Shown here piece by piece: positions 38,501 to 51,824 of a DNA stretch of 64,000 nt. Source of the DNA: Hypanus sabinus (lineage: Eukaryota); the NCBI RefSeq assembly GCF_030144855.1, contig NC_082708.1, positions 102,114,001 through 102,178,000 of the forward strand. Reading direction: 5' to 3'. Every line of letters begins with the position of its first letter. Position 1 is the first letter of the stretch. The notes beneath the pieces are model-generated. The model worked only from the letters and a program-made list of their open reading frames with translations. It did no database searches and had not been told where the DNA came from. The translations under genes and the position numbers were made by a program.

Positions 38501-38910
38501 CAATCGCTTTGAAGCTGTCCATGTCCGTTGGAACCCGTGTTAATGGTGCTGGAGTCTGGGTTTTCAATATGCCCTGGGTCGCTGGGGCAGCCGAGATCGA
38601 CTGGTAAACTGTTGGTTGTGTTTCATCAGGCTCCTGTACCTCCTCCATAATGGTAGTAGTGAGAAGAGGATATGTCCTGGATGGTGAAAGTCCTTCATAA
38701 TGGATGCCACTGCCTTGAGGTATTGCCTTTTGAAGATGTCCTTAATGGGGAAGAGGCCTGTGTCCATGATTGAACTGTCTGAGTTTACAACACTCTGCAG
38801 ATTTTTCCTGATCCTGTACCTTGGTACCTCCTCAATACCAGATGCTGATACAGCCAGTCAGAATGTCCTTCATGGTGCACCTGTAGAAATGTTCCTGTCT
38901 TTGGTGACAT
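35520..38910 (-). mobile_element. Rex1/Babar-like LINE 3' fragment split by the Penelope insertion (parts 35520-35742 and 38605-38910)
   Basis: Tail cagaatcaggtttatt; ORF 38564..38767 (IMKDFHHPGHILFSLLP..RRYRSL). The two parts read through at ctgttcctaaact|gttgg. Confidence 0.85.
35743..38604 (-). mobile_element. Penelope-like element (Neptune-type): RT, Cys-rich linker, GIY-YIG endonuclease, 3' pLTR
   Basis: IKPADKGGAVVVW, QTKGVAMGTRMGPSYACLF, LRYIDD, TDIYYKPTDSHSYL, YCVRCSQCGLLYIGETRRRL. 6-bp TSD TAAACT (35737-35742, 38605-38610). Frameshifted. Confidence 0.96.
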
Positions 38911-39129
38911 GTTCTTTATCTTTCCATCTCCCTTTGCTTTATTTTTACTTTCACTGTTTTTGAAGGGAAATACTTTGCAGTTTCAGGATCCTTCTTATAG
39001 ATGTTGCCGCTGGAGGTTCCTTAAGTGCGTGAACTTTCAAACCTTCAGTCTCAGTCCCACATTTCTCTATTGATGGTTTGAGGGTATGCTTGCAATATGT
39101 TTTCTGAATTCTGCTTGGGTTTCACTCTT

Positions 39130-41097
39130 TTTTAAAAAATCTTTTTTATTGTATTTCAAGTAGTTACAAAATAAAAGTGTGGAAAAAAATGTATATTACC
39201 CATTCCCTCTCCCCCCTAGCATCCCTATAGAAAAAAAAAGAGAAAGAAAGAAAGAGTGCCTGGATATTGGAAGATCCACACATGCTCCATGGAGTTCGTA
39301 ATAACTTTAGTATATATATTTATTTCTTTCCCCAAATAACCAATTATTTCATCTTTGGAGCACCTATATATTTAATCCTGTCTTTTGTAAATAAGGGTGC
39401 CAAACTTTCAAAAATGTTTCATATTTATCTCTTAAATTATAAGTAATTTTTTCAAGTGGAATACAGCTATACATTTCTTTCTTCCAACGATCTATACTTA
39501 AACATGTATCCGATTTCCAAGTAACTGCAATAGCCTTTTTGGCTACTGCCAATGGAATTTTTATAAATTCTTTCTGATATTTATTCAATTTAGGTATCGG
39601 TTTTATCCCTTCAATATCACCTAGTAAAAATAATATTGGATTATGTGTAAGTTGTATTCCAATAATTTGTTCCAATAAAACTCTTAAATTTGTCCAAAAA
39701 GGTTGAATTTTAGAACAAGACCAAGTAGAATGTAAAAAAGTACCAATTTCTTGGTTACATCGGAAACATTGATCGGATAAATTTGGGTTTAATTTATTTA
39801 TTTTTGTGGTGTAATATATAATTGATGTAAAAAGCTATATTGCACTAATCTTAACCGGACATTTATTGTATTTGTTATACTCTCAGGACGTAGTCTTGAC
39901 CAATTTTTTTCTTCAATTTTAATATTCAAGTCACTTTCCCATTTTTGTCTTGACTTATGGACTCCTTGTTTAATTGCCTGTTTTTGAATCAAATTATACA
40001 TACAAGAAATGATTTTTTAATCTTTCCTTTTTGAATTAAAGTTTCTATTTCATTAGATTCGGCAATAACATTGTTTGACCTAATTTTTCTCTTAAATAAG
40101 CCCTTAGTTCAAAGTAACAAAAAAGAGTGTTGTTTGATACTTTATGTTTATTCTTTAATTGATCAAATGACATTAATATACCTCCTTCAAAACAATCACC
40201 TATATACCTAATCCCTTTTTGAAACCAATTATATTAAAGTTGATTATCCATTGTAAAAGGAATAAGTCTATTTTGAATTAAAGATCTCTTTGCTAATAAG
40301 GATTTCTTTATCTCATCGTCAACATTTATCTTATTCCATAAGTCAATCAAATGTTTTAATATAGGAGATTCTTTCTTTTCCCGTATCCATTTAGATTCCC
40401 ATTTATATATAAAATCTTCTGGTATATTTTCTCCTATTTTATCTAGTTCTATTCTAATCCATGCCGGTTTATCTTTCTCAAAAAAAGATGCAATAAATTT
40501 AAGTTTATTAGAATACAAGATTAACTTATTTGCTGATGATGTTCTGCTTTATCTAACAAACCCATTACACTCATTGTATAAATTATCCTATAGATTAGAA
40601 GAATATGGGAAAATATCAGGTTATAAAATAAATTGGGATAAAAGTGAAATTTTACCTCTTACTAAAGGAGATTATAATCAATGTCGATTAATAACCCAAT
40701 TTAGATGGCCGGCAAATGGTATAAAATATTTAGGTATAAGAGTTGATAATGATATAAAGAATTTATATAAATTAAGTTACCACTATTGAAAAAAATTCAA
40801 GAAGATCTTGATAAATGGATGGTATTACCAATAACATTAGTAGGTAGAGTAAATACCATAAAATGAATATATTTCCTAGATTACAATACTTATTTCAAGC
40901 ACTACCAACACAAATACCCCAGAAGTTTTTTCAAGAGTTAAGTAAATATGTGAGGAAGTTTCTTTGGAAAGGTAAGATGTCAAGAATATCGTTGGAAAAA
41001 TTGACATGGAAATTTGATCTAGGAGGGTTACAACTTCCAAATTTTAAGAATTATTATGAAGCAAATCAACTTAGATTTATTGCATCTTTTTTGGGGG
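39130..41097 (-). mobile_element. L1/Tx1-clade LINE, 5'-truncated with 5' inversion (non-inverted 39130-40505 minus; inverted 40506-41092 plus)
   Basis: AATAAA and poly(A) on minus at ~39130-39150. ORF2 C-terminus AKKAIAVTWKS...LEKITY on minus; LFADD, SGYKINWDKS and GGLQLPNF on plus. TSD gggtttcactctt at 39117-39129 and 41098-41110. Confidence 0.93.
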
Positions 41098-41364
41098 GGG
41101 TTTCACTCTTGACAAAACTCAGAAGAGAAATCATATTTGTTGCTTTTCATTCAAGAGGTACAGACACTACCCAGCTAACACAAATTTTCTTGGAGGTATA
41201 AGAATGCAGGTGTTGAAGTTCAGAGTTCTTGAGGTGGACAGGCATTCGTGTGGGTTGATTTTACAGGCTGAGGCGCTGCATCAAGACCTTGGTCTGGAAT
41301 TTGCGCATGAAACTAGTAATGTGGTCTTCCCATTTGATTCTGAAAATGTAACCAAGGCATTACT

Positions 41365-41700
41365 GTTGTGGTCATCTATTGTATCCAGTGCTCTCGATGC
41401 AGCCTCCTCTACATTGGTGGGACCTGTCACATATTGAAGGAACTGCTTCATCAAGCACTCCACACCACCTGCCACACGTGGGACTTCCCGGTGGCCAAAT
41501 GTTTTAATTCCGATTTCCATTCCCATTCCGATGAGTCAGTCCATGGCTTCCTCTTGTGCCAAGCTGAGGCCACTCTCAGGATGGAGGAGCAACACCTTAT
41601 ATTCCATCTGGGTAGACTCCAACCTGATGGTATGAATATTGATTTCTCCTTCTGGTAATAAATTCCATCCTCCCCCACTCTATTCCCCACCCTGACTTTT
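41365..41700 (+). mobile_element. Penelope GIY-YIG fragment
   Basis: ORF 41368..41658 VIYCIQCSRCSLLYIG...EEQHLIFHLGRLQPDGMNIDF. Confidence 0.9.
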
Positions 41701-42029
41701 GCACTAGTGATGATATTGCTCTAAGGTCTTTTATTGATCCAAAATCTGAGTTTCGCAACCCAAAGGAAAAAAGAGCTTTGATACAACATTGTACACGATA
41801 AGTTCTGTTGGGGTTCATAGGTCTTGATGTTGAAGATGCATTGTTAAACTTAGCTCTGTCAATATTTGCTGCTTGGGAAAAGCAATGGGAAGGACAACTA
41901 CCTGGGTAAGGAAGTGGCCTACGTTTATGCATTAATTTTGACCAAAGGTGGCAGGAAGGTAAATTCCTTCAGCTTCCTTGCGATCTATCTCACTGGCTAC
42001 TTTATCGCAATACTATAATGAGCTGGATG

Positions 42030-43678
42030 GGCTTTGTAAAACTTGTGTGTGGCATTTTCATTTAACATAATTTAACCCTTGATGTTTTTGGGATTTCCAA
42101 CACCTTCCTAAAACACTACTGTGGTATCATCCAGTACCTTCTTTAATTCACTTTCAATTGTCTATTACAGAGGATGTGGCATGCAAATTGCGGATGGATC
42201 TCCAATCAAGTTGTGGTTGTCTCAGCCATTCACACCCCTGCAATGCTGGCTCTCCTGTTTTTACCACGTGCAAGCCCAATGTGGTTTGTTGGATTTTTCT
42301 ATTTCACTGTTATGAATGTCACTCCCAGAGGAGTTATCTTTTCTCTAGTATAAGTTCTTAGTTGGATATCTGCAGGCTTCAGTTCGCTATCTTTGAAATG
42401 CCCTTCAAACTGATTTTGTGGAATGACTAAAACAGTCGAGTCCATGTCCAATTCCATTTCAATTAATTTCCCGTTCACTTCTAGCCTAAGCAATATTGCT
42501 TGTCTCTTGTTAGCTTTCACATAGTAAATCTCAAGTCTATATCAGTCTTGTGTCATTGTCATCATTTTCAGATTTTTCATTAACAGCATGCAAGTTAGTA
42601 CTCTTTTTGAAACTGCAACTTGACTTTTTTTTAATTCCTTGTGCAATGTATTTATTTTTATCTGCCCAACATGCTCTTTGATGTGTCTTACCTTGTTGCA
42701 TTTTCTGCAAGTTTCACCTTTAAACTTGTTTTGGTCTGGTGTATGAGAGCCCCACCACAAATATAACACGATTTGTTCAGCCAGGCTATTTTCTGCTTAG
42801 ACTTTGCAATTTTGTTCACACTCACATTCGTTTCTGACTGTAACTCAATTGTGCCTTTGTCTGCTCTCTCCTTTGATACAGCTACTTCAACTGTTCTTTT
42901 AAGTACAGGTTGTGTATCAGATAGGAGTTATTTGTGAATGCTTCTTGTAAAATTCCACATAGTAAATAATCTCTCAGTGCATCATTAAGCCCATCACTAG
43001 CAATTCTCAATCTCTTCAATTTTGCTACATACACTAAAATGGACTCCCGTTCCTTTTGATTCTGTTTATGAAACCTAAACATTCTGCAATAAACATTGGT
43101 TTCAATTCTAACTGTTCCTGCATTACTTTCACAATATCAGCAGAGCTCATTTTGGCTGCTTTGGTTGAAGCAGTCAAACTTCTAAGCAAACCTGATGCAC
43201 GCAGCAAAACTGCCACTTGCTTTTCATTGGCTGTTTCATTTGCTTCAATATAGTGCTCACAGTTTATGAGCCTGTGAATTTGTCCATTTTCTGCCTTTTT
43301 TAACTTGAATATCTTCACCTGTTGTGAAGAAAGCGTGGTGTCTCTTTTTTTCTTTGGAAGTGTCGCTGCACTTCAACAGGTAGGTTGTTATCTTGGGTTT
43401 GTGTAAGACCTCCTCATCCCCATTGTTATGGTTTGTAACCCCAAAATATAAAACTAAATGAAAATGGAAATACGGGAGTTCAGGAGAATGTTTCTTAGTT
43501 GGTTTTTACTTTAATGAGACTTGTGCGTATGATGTGGTGGCATGACGACATATATCATTCAAGTACTTTTACATATAACCCATAATGAATTATTTAAATG
43601 TGCAAAGAATGATTAATTAGACAATGTACAGTATTTACAATAGTACTTAAGTATTACTAAAATATTAAATATACAACA
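42030..43678 (-). mobile_element. Decayed Gypsy 5' half (5' LTR 43424-43678, PBS, gag, protease)
   Basis: FRFHKQNQKERESILVYVAKL, CRKCNKVRH, LEVNGKLIEMELD. LTR with TG...CA ends followed on minus by tggggatgagg (decayed TGGCGACGAGG, tRNA-Ser-type PBS). Confidence 0.82.
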
Positions 43679-45645
43679 GTAGGCTGTGGAGTACCTTGTT
43701 TTCTTAACATTATCGGTGAGTCCCAAGAATTTGAATGTATTTGGGTTTTCACCTAATCTGCAACATCAAAATTGAGCTAAAGTGCTCTGGGTCTTCAGAG
43801 TTAAGAGCCAAAGGCTTTAGAGAAATCAATGAAAGCCACAAAGAGTTCTTGGTGATGTTCTGAACACTAGGACAGAAGATGGGGAAGGCTTATTAAAGCA
43901 AATGAAACATGTTTTAAGTTACAAACCAGTGGGAGTAGTGGACAATCTGCAGACCAATAGCAACTGAGTGATACAAATCATGGTGATTTAAAAGGGAGTG
44001 TTCACTGATCACTGTGGTCATTCTGCAGAAAGCATAAATAGAAAGAAATGAAGAGAAAAAGACATGGCAACAGCAGGAATCTCAAGCAAAGTAACAGTAC
44101 TTAACAAACCTTTGAGGGCCTGGCCCTATGTCAGGTTTAGGGCACATTCTTTCAGTAAATGTCAAGTAAAGTAACTTTGAGCCAACATTAGGAAATTCAG
44201 TAATGATAGCTGTAGCTGGCTTTGCTCATTTTCTGGGTAATAAAGGTTCTGCTCCAGTTGACCATGACGTGATTTCAAAAAGTCATAAATGACATTTGGT
44301 GTAAGTTCATATTACCCATTGCTCTTGTATGTGCCCCAGGCAAAATGTGACCTGAAGTGTTCTATTAATGGAAACAATATGTGGAATTATGTGTAAGAAG
44401 ACCTAGAAATCAAAAGCACGATTTTATTTGCTGAAGATTTCCTAGCCCCTGTGGCTAGAAGATGTTATTAACAAATTTGGTGAGCCATTGGACCAAATAT
44501 TGTGTAGCAGTGATTGACATCAGCTTCTGACATTTCTTTAAAGCAGTGGAAGTTCCTCACCTTTGATAGCATTTTAGGATATTAACATTTGTTTATAATT
44601 TAATGTCCAGAATAGGACAATGTTCAATTGGTCTTAACAAATGAATTATGGAAATTTAAATTTTTTTTTACATTCAGGCTCTGTCTTGCCTAATAGTATT
44701 ATCACCTTCTTCAACAAGCCCTGCATTCTTTGAAGATGTGTGCACGAGTGCTTTGTCTGAAACATAAAAAATTAGGAGACCATCCAGCCGTTCAAACCAG
44801 CTCACTATTTAAAAAAATCATGGCTGATCATGTATCTCAATACCATAATCCTGTTCTCTCTTCTTTCTGCTTGATACCTTTCGCACGTAGAAACTTAGCT
44901 ATACCTTTTCTTTAACATATTCAGTGACTGGCCTTAGGAGCACTCCATGGTAGCAAATTCCATAAGTACACCACCAATGTAAGCAGAAATTTCCCCGATA
45001 TCATCCATAAGTGGAAACATTTCAGCTATCCAGGCTGACTAACACTGCCAAATTTCAGTAAATTTCAATTAGATCTCTATTCCTCAGCACTATAGAAAGT
45101 ACAAAGTCAATTGGCCTAATCTCTCTCATGTTAGAAATGATAGTGCAGAGGATGAAGCAGTTGGTTTACAAGTAGATACAGCGCTCAGTGAGATTGTAAG
45201 GAAGGATAGGCTGTTGATGTGGCAAAATTGCAGTCAGTGGGTTGGGTTGAAGTATGTCTGTAAACTGAATAGTCAGTCCAACAGTTTTAGAAAGTAAGAA
45301 TAAAGTAAAAGAGAAGGTAAGTGCAAGAAAGGTTGCAGAATTCTCCAGAACAATTAGAAATACAAAAAAGTTAAGAGAAGGAGAATAAATTAACTCTGGG
45401 AACATGGGGGCAAAATTGAAAGGGGCGCTGAATACAAGACTGAAGGTGTTTGAATGCAAGAAATATATGAACTTGGGTAAATTATCTTGTAGCACAGTTA
45501 GAAATTGGCGGGTATGATGTGACCATCACCAAGTCATAGCTGAAAGAAGATCACAATGGTGAGCTTAATATCCAAGGATATACATTGTATCAAAAGGACA
45601 GGCAGGTAGGGAGAAGGGGTGGAGTGGCTCTCTTGGTAAAAAAAT

Positions 45646-45915
45646 GTAGTAGTAGTAGTAGTAGTGTACTAGCAGTAGTCTCTTGAAGTCCGAGGAAGAC
45701 GAATGTGTTGCGCAGTCAACATCTGTTGGCACGCATATGACTTCTGAGGCTGAAGTCCGAAGCGCAGATGCGGTCACAGATGGGACAAGGAGCACCGCCT
45801 GTTGGGGCAGGAGCGGAAACCTTCCTGTGTCTTTCTTGACTCGCTTTGAGGTGCTGCATGCGCCAGTTGGCTTGGAAGTTGTTTGCTGTTCCAACTTCCA
45901 AGCCAACAACTTCCC
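45646..45915 (-). mobile_element. RTE-clade LINE 3' end with (CTA)n tail inserted in the CR1
   Basis: ORF 45716..46012 ends CPICDRICASDFSLRSHMR (C2H2-like RTE C-terminus); gtagtagtag tail at ~45646-45665. Confidence 0.8.
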
Positions 45916-47513
45916 AAAACTGTAATAAAGGCATGTAAACTGGGGTTTCAATATGCAGGTAGATTGGGAAATTCATTTTGGTGCTGGATCCCAAAAGAAG
46001 GAATTTGTACAATGCTTACAAGGTGATTTTTAGAGTAACTTGTGGTTAAGCCCACTAGGAAAAGATAATTCTGGATTAGGTATTGTGTGATGAACCATAT
46101 TTGATTAGTGAGCTTAAGGTAAAGAACCCTGTGGAAGCAGTGATCATTGAGGATTTGGCCGAATTTGATTGGAAGTGGGTACTAGCAGGGATGGCAGCAG
46201 AACATCAATGGCTGGAGTATCTGGGAGCAATTTGGAAGCTGCAGGATAAATTCATACCAAAGAAGAAGTATTCTAAAGAGAAGATGAGGCAACCATCCTT
46301 GACAAAGGAAGTCAGAGACAGCATAAGAACAAAAGTGGGGGCAAATAATATATCAAAAATTGGTGTGAAGTTAAAATATTGGGAAGCTTTTAAAAAGCAA
46401 CAGAGGGCAACTTAAAAAAACAATAAAGAGAGAAAAGATGAAATATGAAGAAGGTAAGCCAGCCAATAATGTAAAGGAGGATTCCAAAAGTTTCTTTCAG
46501 ATATAAAGAGTAAAAGAGAGATGATGGTGGATATCAGAACTCTGGAGAATGGCACTGGAGAGGTAGTATTGGAGGACAAAGGAATGGAAGACAAAACCCT
46601 CCAGTATTTTGCATCTGTCTTCACAATGGAAGACACGAGCAGTATGCCTGAAATTCAAGAGTGTCAGGGAGCAGCGGTGACTGCGGTCACTATTACCAAG
46701 GAGAAGGTATTAGGAAGCTGAACACTCTGTAGATAGATAAGTTATTCAGGCTAGATGGATAACATCCCAGGGTTCTGAAAGACATAGCTGAAGAGGTAGT
46801 GGAGGCATTAGTAGAGATCTTCCAAGAATCAATAGATTTTGGAATGGTTCCAGAGAACTGGAAAATTGCAAATGTCACTCCACTCTTTAAGAAAGAAGGA
46901 AGGAGAAGGGCAAGAAAATTATATGCCTGACTTCAGTGGTTGGGAAGATATTGGTGTCTATTATTAAGGGTGGGGTTTTGGTGTACTTGGAGGCATATGA
47001 TAAAATAGGCCAAAGTTAGCATGTTTTTTAAAGGGAAAATCTTGCCTGACAAATCTATTGGAATTCTTTGAAGAAAGAACAGGCAGAGTGGATAAAGGAG
47101 AGTCAATGGATGTTGTTTACTTGAATATGAGAAAGTCTTTGACAAAGTGGCACTCATGAGGCTGCTAAGCAAGATAGGAGTCGAGGGTATTATGGGAAAC
47201 ATAATGGTACAGATAGATCATTGGCTGATTGGCAGGAGGCTAGGAGTGGGAATAAAGGGATCCTTTTCTGATTGGCTGCCATAATTAGTGGTGTTCCACA
47301 GGTGGCAGTGTTGGGGCCGCTTCTTATTGTAAATCAATGATTTGGATGACGGGATTGATGGTTTTGTGGCTGGGTGTGCAACAATACAAAGATAGATGGG
47401 GGGTGCAAAGTCGTGGTGAGGAAGCAGAGAGTATGCTGAAGGACTTAGATAGATTAGGAGAAGAAGTGGCAGATGATTGTGCGTTTTTGTAGAAGGAATA
47501 AAGACATAGACTA

Positions 47514-47932
47514 TAGTACTGCAAAGGGTTTCATCTTTGAGGGTGTTGAAGGTTTTCATCACCACTGTGCCTTTGATGATACATGGCTGGGACCGTGAAA
47601 CTGCAGTAAACCCTGAGAACCTGAAAGACCAGTGAACAAAGGGTGCAACTCATGGGGGGTGGTGGTTTGAGCTGGAGCTAATGTGGTAGTCCACTTACTG
47701 AGCATTTTAGTGGGTGCAAAAGTACAGAGGTTGTGGGTTTGACATCATGAATATGCTGGTCATGAATAGGAGGTGTGTGGCACTGAGAAGGGCCTGTGCA
47801 CACCAAGATAATTGTTCTAATGGTAGCTCATCTGTCTTAATAAACAAAGTTCTGTAGTTCTAAGTAGATAATTTGAATTTGGAACTTCTGCCTTACTGAG
47901 CCAGACTATAAACCTTTTGGTATATTATAACA
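47514..47932 (+). mobile_element. Probable solo LTR inserted in the CR1
   Basis: 419-bp non-CR1 block with AATAAA, ending ...taaca and flanked by ACTA/ACTA; the 5' end lacks the canonical TG. Confidence 0.5.
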
Positions 47933-49514
47933 ACTACTTTGTATTTAAACCAGGAGCAAATTCAGAAATCAGAGCTGCAATGGGACTTAGGAGTCCTCGT
48001 GCACAATCCCCTAAAGGTTAATTTGCAGATTGAGTTGGTGGAGAGGAAAGCAAATGCGATATGAGCATTCATTTCAAGAGGACTAGAATATAAAAGTAAG
48101 GATGTAATGTGGAGGCTTCATGAAGAATTGGTCAGACTGAGCTTGGAAATATTGATAACAGTTTTGAGCCCCTTTCCTGAGAAATGATTTACTAGCATTG
48201 CAGAGGGTACAGAGGAGGTTAATGAGAATAATCATAGGAATGAAAGTGTTAATGATTGAGGAATGTCTCTGAGACTGTACTCACTGGAGCTTAGAAGAAT
48301 GAGGGGGACATCATTGAAACCTAGATAGAGGTCATGGAGAGGATGTTTCCTACAGTGGGTGAGTCTAGGATCAGAGGACAAAGCCTCAGAATAGGATGTC
48401 CCTCTTGAACAGAGATGAGGAGGAATTTCTTCAGCTAGAGGGTGGTGAATCTGTAGAATTCATTGCCACAGGCAGCTGTGTAGACCAAATTATTGGGTAT
48501 ATTTCAAGTGGAAATTGATAGTTTTTAATTAGTAAGGGTGTCAAAGGTTACTGGGAGAGGGTTAGGAGAATTTTATTGAGAGGGATTAAAAAACATCCAC
48601 AATGAAATGCAGAGATTTGATGGGTCAAATGGCCTAATTGGGCTCCTATGTCTTACAGTCATGTGCCTGTCTTAGTGTTACTGGAATAAATCTGGTGAGC
48701 CTGCACATGATGCTTCAAGTATAGCAAGCCAGTTCTGGTCCTGTACTCAAATTCTCTTCCTATGACACCAATTGCCTTCTTAAATGCTTGCTGCAACTTA
48801 CGTCAGCAAGGTGTACAAGCATACATGAGTATCTTGCAGATGAACATTTCTCACTTTAACCGCCATTCAAATAATGTATATCTATTCTGATTTTTTTTCT
48901 TTCCAAGTGGATAATCACATATTCATCTATGTTTACTGCATCTGCCGTTTATGCCCACTCTATCACCTTGAACCATTCTAGCACTCTCCTCAAAATTCAC
49001 AAACCCAACACTTAGCATAACCAGCAAACATTGTAATACTATCTTCTGTTTTTATTCATCGAGATTAATGATACATTTTATGAATAGCAGAGGCTCAAAC
49101 AGTCTACTAGTTGCCACCTTTTAAAGTTTAATTCTTTTCAACTTCCTTCATACTCATGACATGTTGTAAACTTCCTGGCTCTAATTTTCTTGAGAAATTA
49201 TTTTATTAGTAAAATGCAATAGTACATATAAAAATTGTAAGAAAGTGAAACAACTTTCATGTCTTAGAATACACAAACAGAGAAAATAACACATTTCTAC
49301 ACTGTCAGAAGTTCAAAGTTCTCACAACCTTTTTCATGACAACCATATTGGAGTGTTTACCTTGAATATCCTTTGGCACCACTCATGATCCTGGTCTGAA
49401 GGTGAAGTTGTTTCAATCATTCCTGATGATGGAGGAAATAACCAGTTCTCAAGAGGTTCACACAGCATTCATGCATCATTTGTCCTGTTGTAGTTCCTTG
49501 AAATAACAGTAAAT

Positions 49515-49660
49515 GTGCAGCAACACACCCTTGCTGGAGGAACTCGCCAAGCCAGGTGTCCGGATAAGGCCTAATGAATGGTCCTGGCCTGAGACATCAG
49601 TTGTTCTTTCCAACTACAGATGCTGTTCTACTTGTTGGGTTCCATCAGCATTGTCTTGTT
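49515..49660. mobile_element. Short inverted pair of Penelope pLTR fragments
   Basis: caacacacccttgctggaggaactc...ccagg (reverse tail) followed by ctaatgaatggtcctggcctgagacatcag...gatgctg...ggttccatcagcatt (forward tail). Confidence 0.6.
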
Positions 49661-51469
49661 ACACATTCACTGTTGTCTCGAGGAACAGCAACAGAAGAAA
49701 TAATACATGAATACAGTGTCACAACGTTTAAAATATATTTGAACAGGTATATTGATAGAAAAGGCTTAGAAACATCTGGATCAACTTCAGACAAATGGAC
49801 CAGCTCAAGATGACAATCTGATTGGTGTGCTAAAGTTATGCAGTATAATTCGATGAATCTATGTATTTAGAGACTCAAAAAATTTCTAATAAACTAAGGT
49901 AGAATGCTTGATATCACTATTCCAAACTGATTACAATGCTCTTGCTGTCTTCCCCATCATGCTACACCAGTGAAATGAATCACCTCATACATCATGCATT
50001 AAGTTGGCCTGGTCAGGTGTCTCCTGAAATCTGTTAAGACTTTTGTCACTTCAGTATATTCCTTGCTATCTTTAAACTAGAGAAGCATGCCCCATATGCA
50101 AAATTCATGATCTTTAATGATATAAACTTCAATTAATATGGGAGGATGAAAACAATACATACATTTTGCATAAGGATAAATGCTAGTTTTCAATATATAG
50201 CTGGTAATCCCAGATCATTTTTATTTAAACATAAAATCTATGCATTAGCAGAAAGCACAGCATTTGGTGTCTGCTTCTAATTTCCCTACAGATCAGATCA
50301 TTAGTCTGTGAGCATCCAGAGGGCAGTTTAAAGTTTGATACATAAATTTGGCTCTGAAGCCAACTGGTGCCATTATAAGATTCCTGGATAGTGCTGTGCA
50401 TTCCAAACTGGATGATATGAGTTTTGGTTTTTACAATTTGTCATTCCAGAATTAAATCAAAGTTATTGTAACAGTAAAGTTTTAATAAAAGCAGTGGTGA
50501 CAAATAATTATTTCTAAATAGCATACATGTGTACTTGTAGAAATGTTTTGATTTTCTAAATTTTCATATATATTTGATTCTTGTGGAAGTCATTATCGAG
50601 TATTCATTTGTCGATTAGGTTCAGCGAAAAGGACAAAACTGGAATCAAAACTCACAGATAAAGTTATTTTTCTACTTAGATTCTTTATACTTTATTCACA
50701 AGTTTCATTTGCAACTTGAGTGCAACCAAGACTAAAGAGAAATACTTTGTCTTTCTATTGGCTATTGGGCACCAATATGAATCAGATTAATTTATCAGTT
50801 AATATTGATCAAATCTCCCAGCACACAAGTGTGAAATTCCATAACAATTACCTGCATCCATGAAGAAAGAATGTTGAAGCAATTAAAGACAATGTGTACC
50901 TGTCTGGCCAAAGTCGTGTCTCAGCCTTTCTCTCAGAACTTTGTCATTTGCTGAAATAATGGCAAAGGAAACTGATAATTGACTATTATTTAAAGTGTGG
51001 TTATTTTTAACTGGTTTGTATCTTTATACCAGCTGGTTTGCTTCTTTGATCATGTACTTTATAGGAGATAGTGTATTTCTTTATAATGTATGCTTCTTTG
51101 TAGTTAGTCGGATGCTTTGTGATTGATGGCACCCTATCTCCAAAAAGCTTCCTGCTGCAGTGGACCCAATCTACATGACAAAATTGGAGACCATTATACA
51201 TACATCCTCTCCATTTCAGGACCATAGTCATCCCAGCTTACATTATTAAGCTATAGAACAACACTGTGCTTGTGTATATATTGTACATGAGCTTATATGC
51301 CAAATGAGCAGTGGTTCATCGAACTGTATAAGAAGATACACCTCGTAATTAACATCTGAAAACACATCTACCAAACTTGCTGTGCCAAAAAGCACTATAA
51401 AAATGAACATCTGCAGCAGACCCTGTAAGGTTGGACTACACTTATGTTCACGCTCACATTCAATATACA

Positions 51470-51770
51470 ATGTACCAGTATAGATAGACTTTGCCTGTGA
51501 GTAAAGAGAGTATTGGTAGTGTTTGATCTACATTCCAAACCCTGATCAAAGCTCATGGTCTGCTTGGAAACAAAGCTCCCAAGGGTTGGATTACTCATAG
51601 TAGTCACATCAAGGCATTCCAGGGGTACTACCAATGCTGTCTTCACAAAAACCTGAAGATCTAGGCACTTGCAAAATTAGTGAACCAATGTAAAGAACCT
51701 CTCCCAGGTTAACATCCGCAGCACTAAGAACCAGGTTTTGCACAGGTGGCTCTGATAGGCACTACAAAAT
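51470..51770 (+). mobile_element. Ancient RTE-clade LINE ORF remnant
   Basis: A plus frame reads WITHSSHIKAFQGYYQCCLHKNLKI, resembling the RTE motif RHxKxLExYHQRCLRKILxI. Confidence 0.6.
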
Positions 51771-51824
51771 GATTGATATCACGCAATAGATCCCCAAAAC
51801 AGACAGTGCATTCCAAGGAAAGAA

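Larger units (their letters stand above)
45135..48660 (+). mobile_element. Decayed CR1 LINE ORF2 with two nested insertions
   Basis: QYFASVFTMED, HPRVLKDIAEE, GKSCLTNLLEFFEE, SGVPQ and the CR1 tail gggtcaaatggcctaattgggctcctatgtctta. Confidence 0.9.

Noticed and set aside
44240-44306. GTAAGT donor with upstream AG acceptors
   Set aside because: The candidate exons contain stops in all three frames.
45716-46012. C2H2 zinc-finger-like ORF as a host gene
   Set aside because: It is the C-terminus of an RTE LINE with its microsatellite tail, fused to antisense CR1 sequence.
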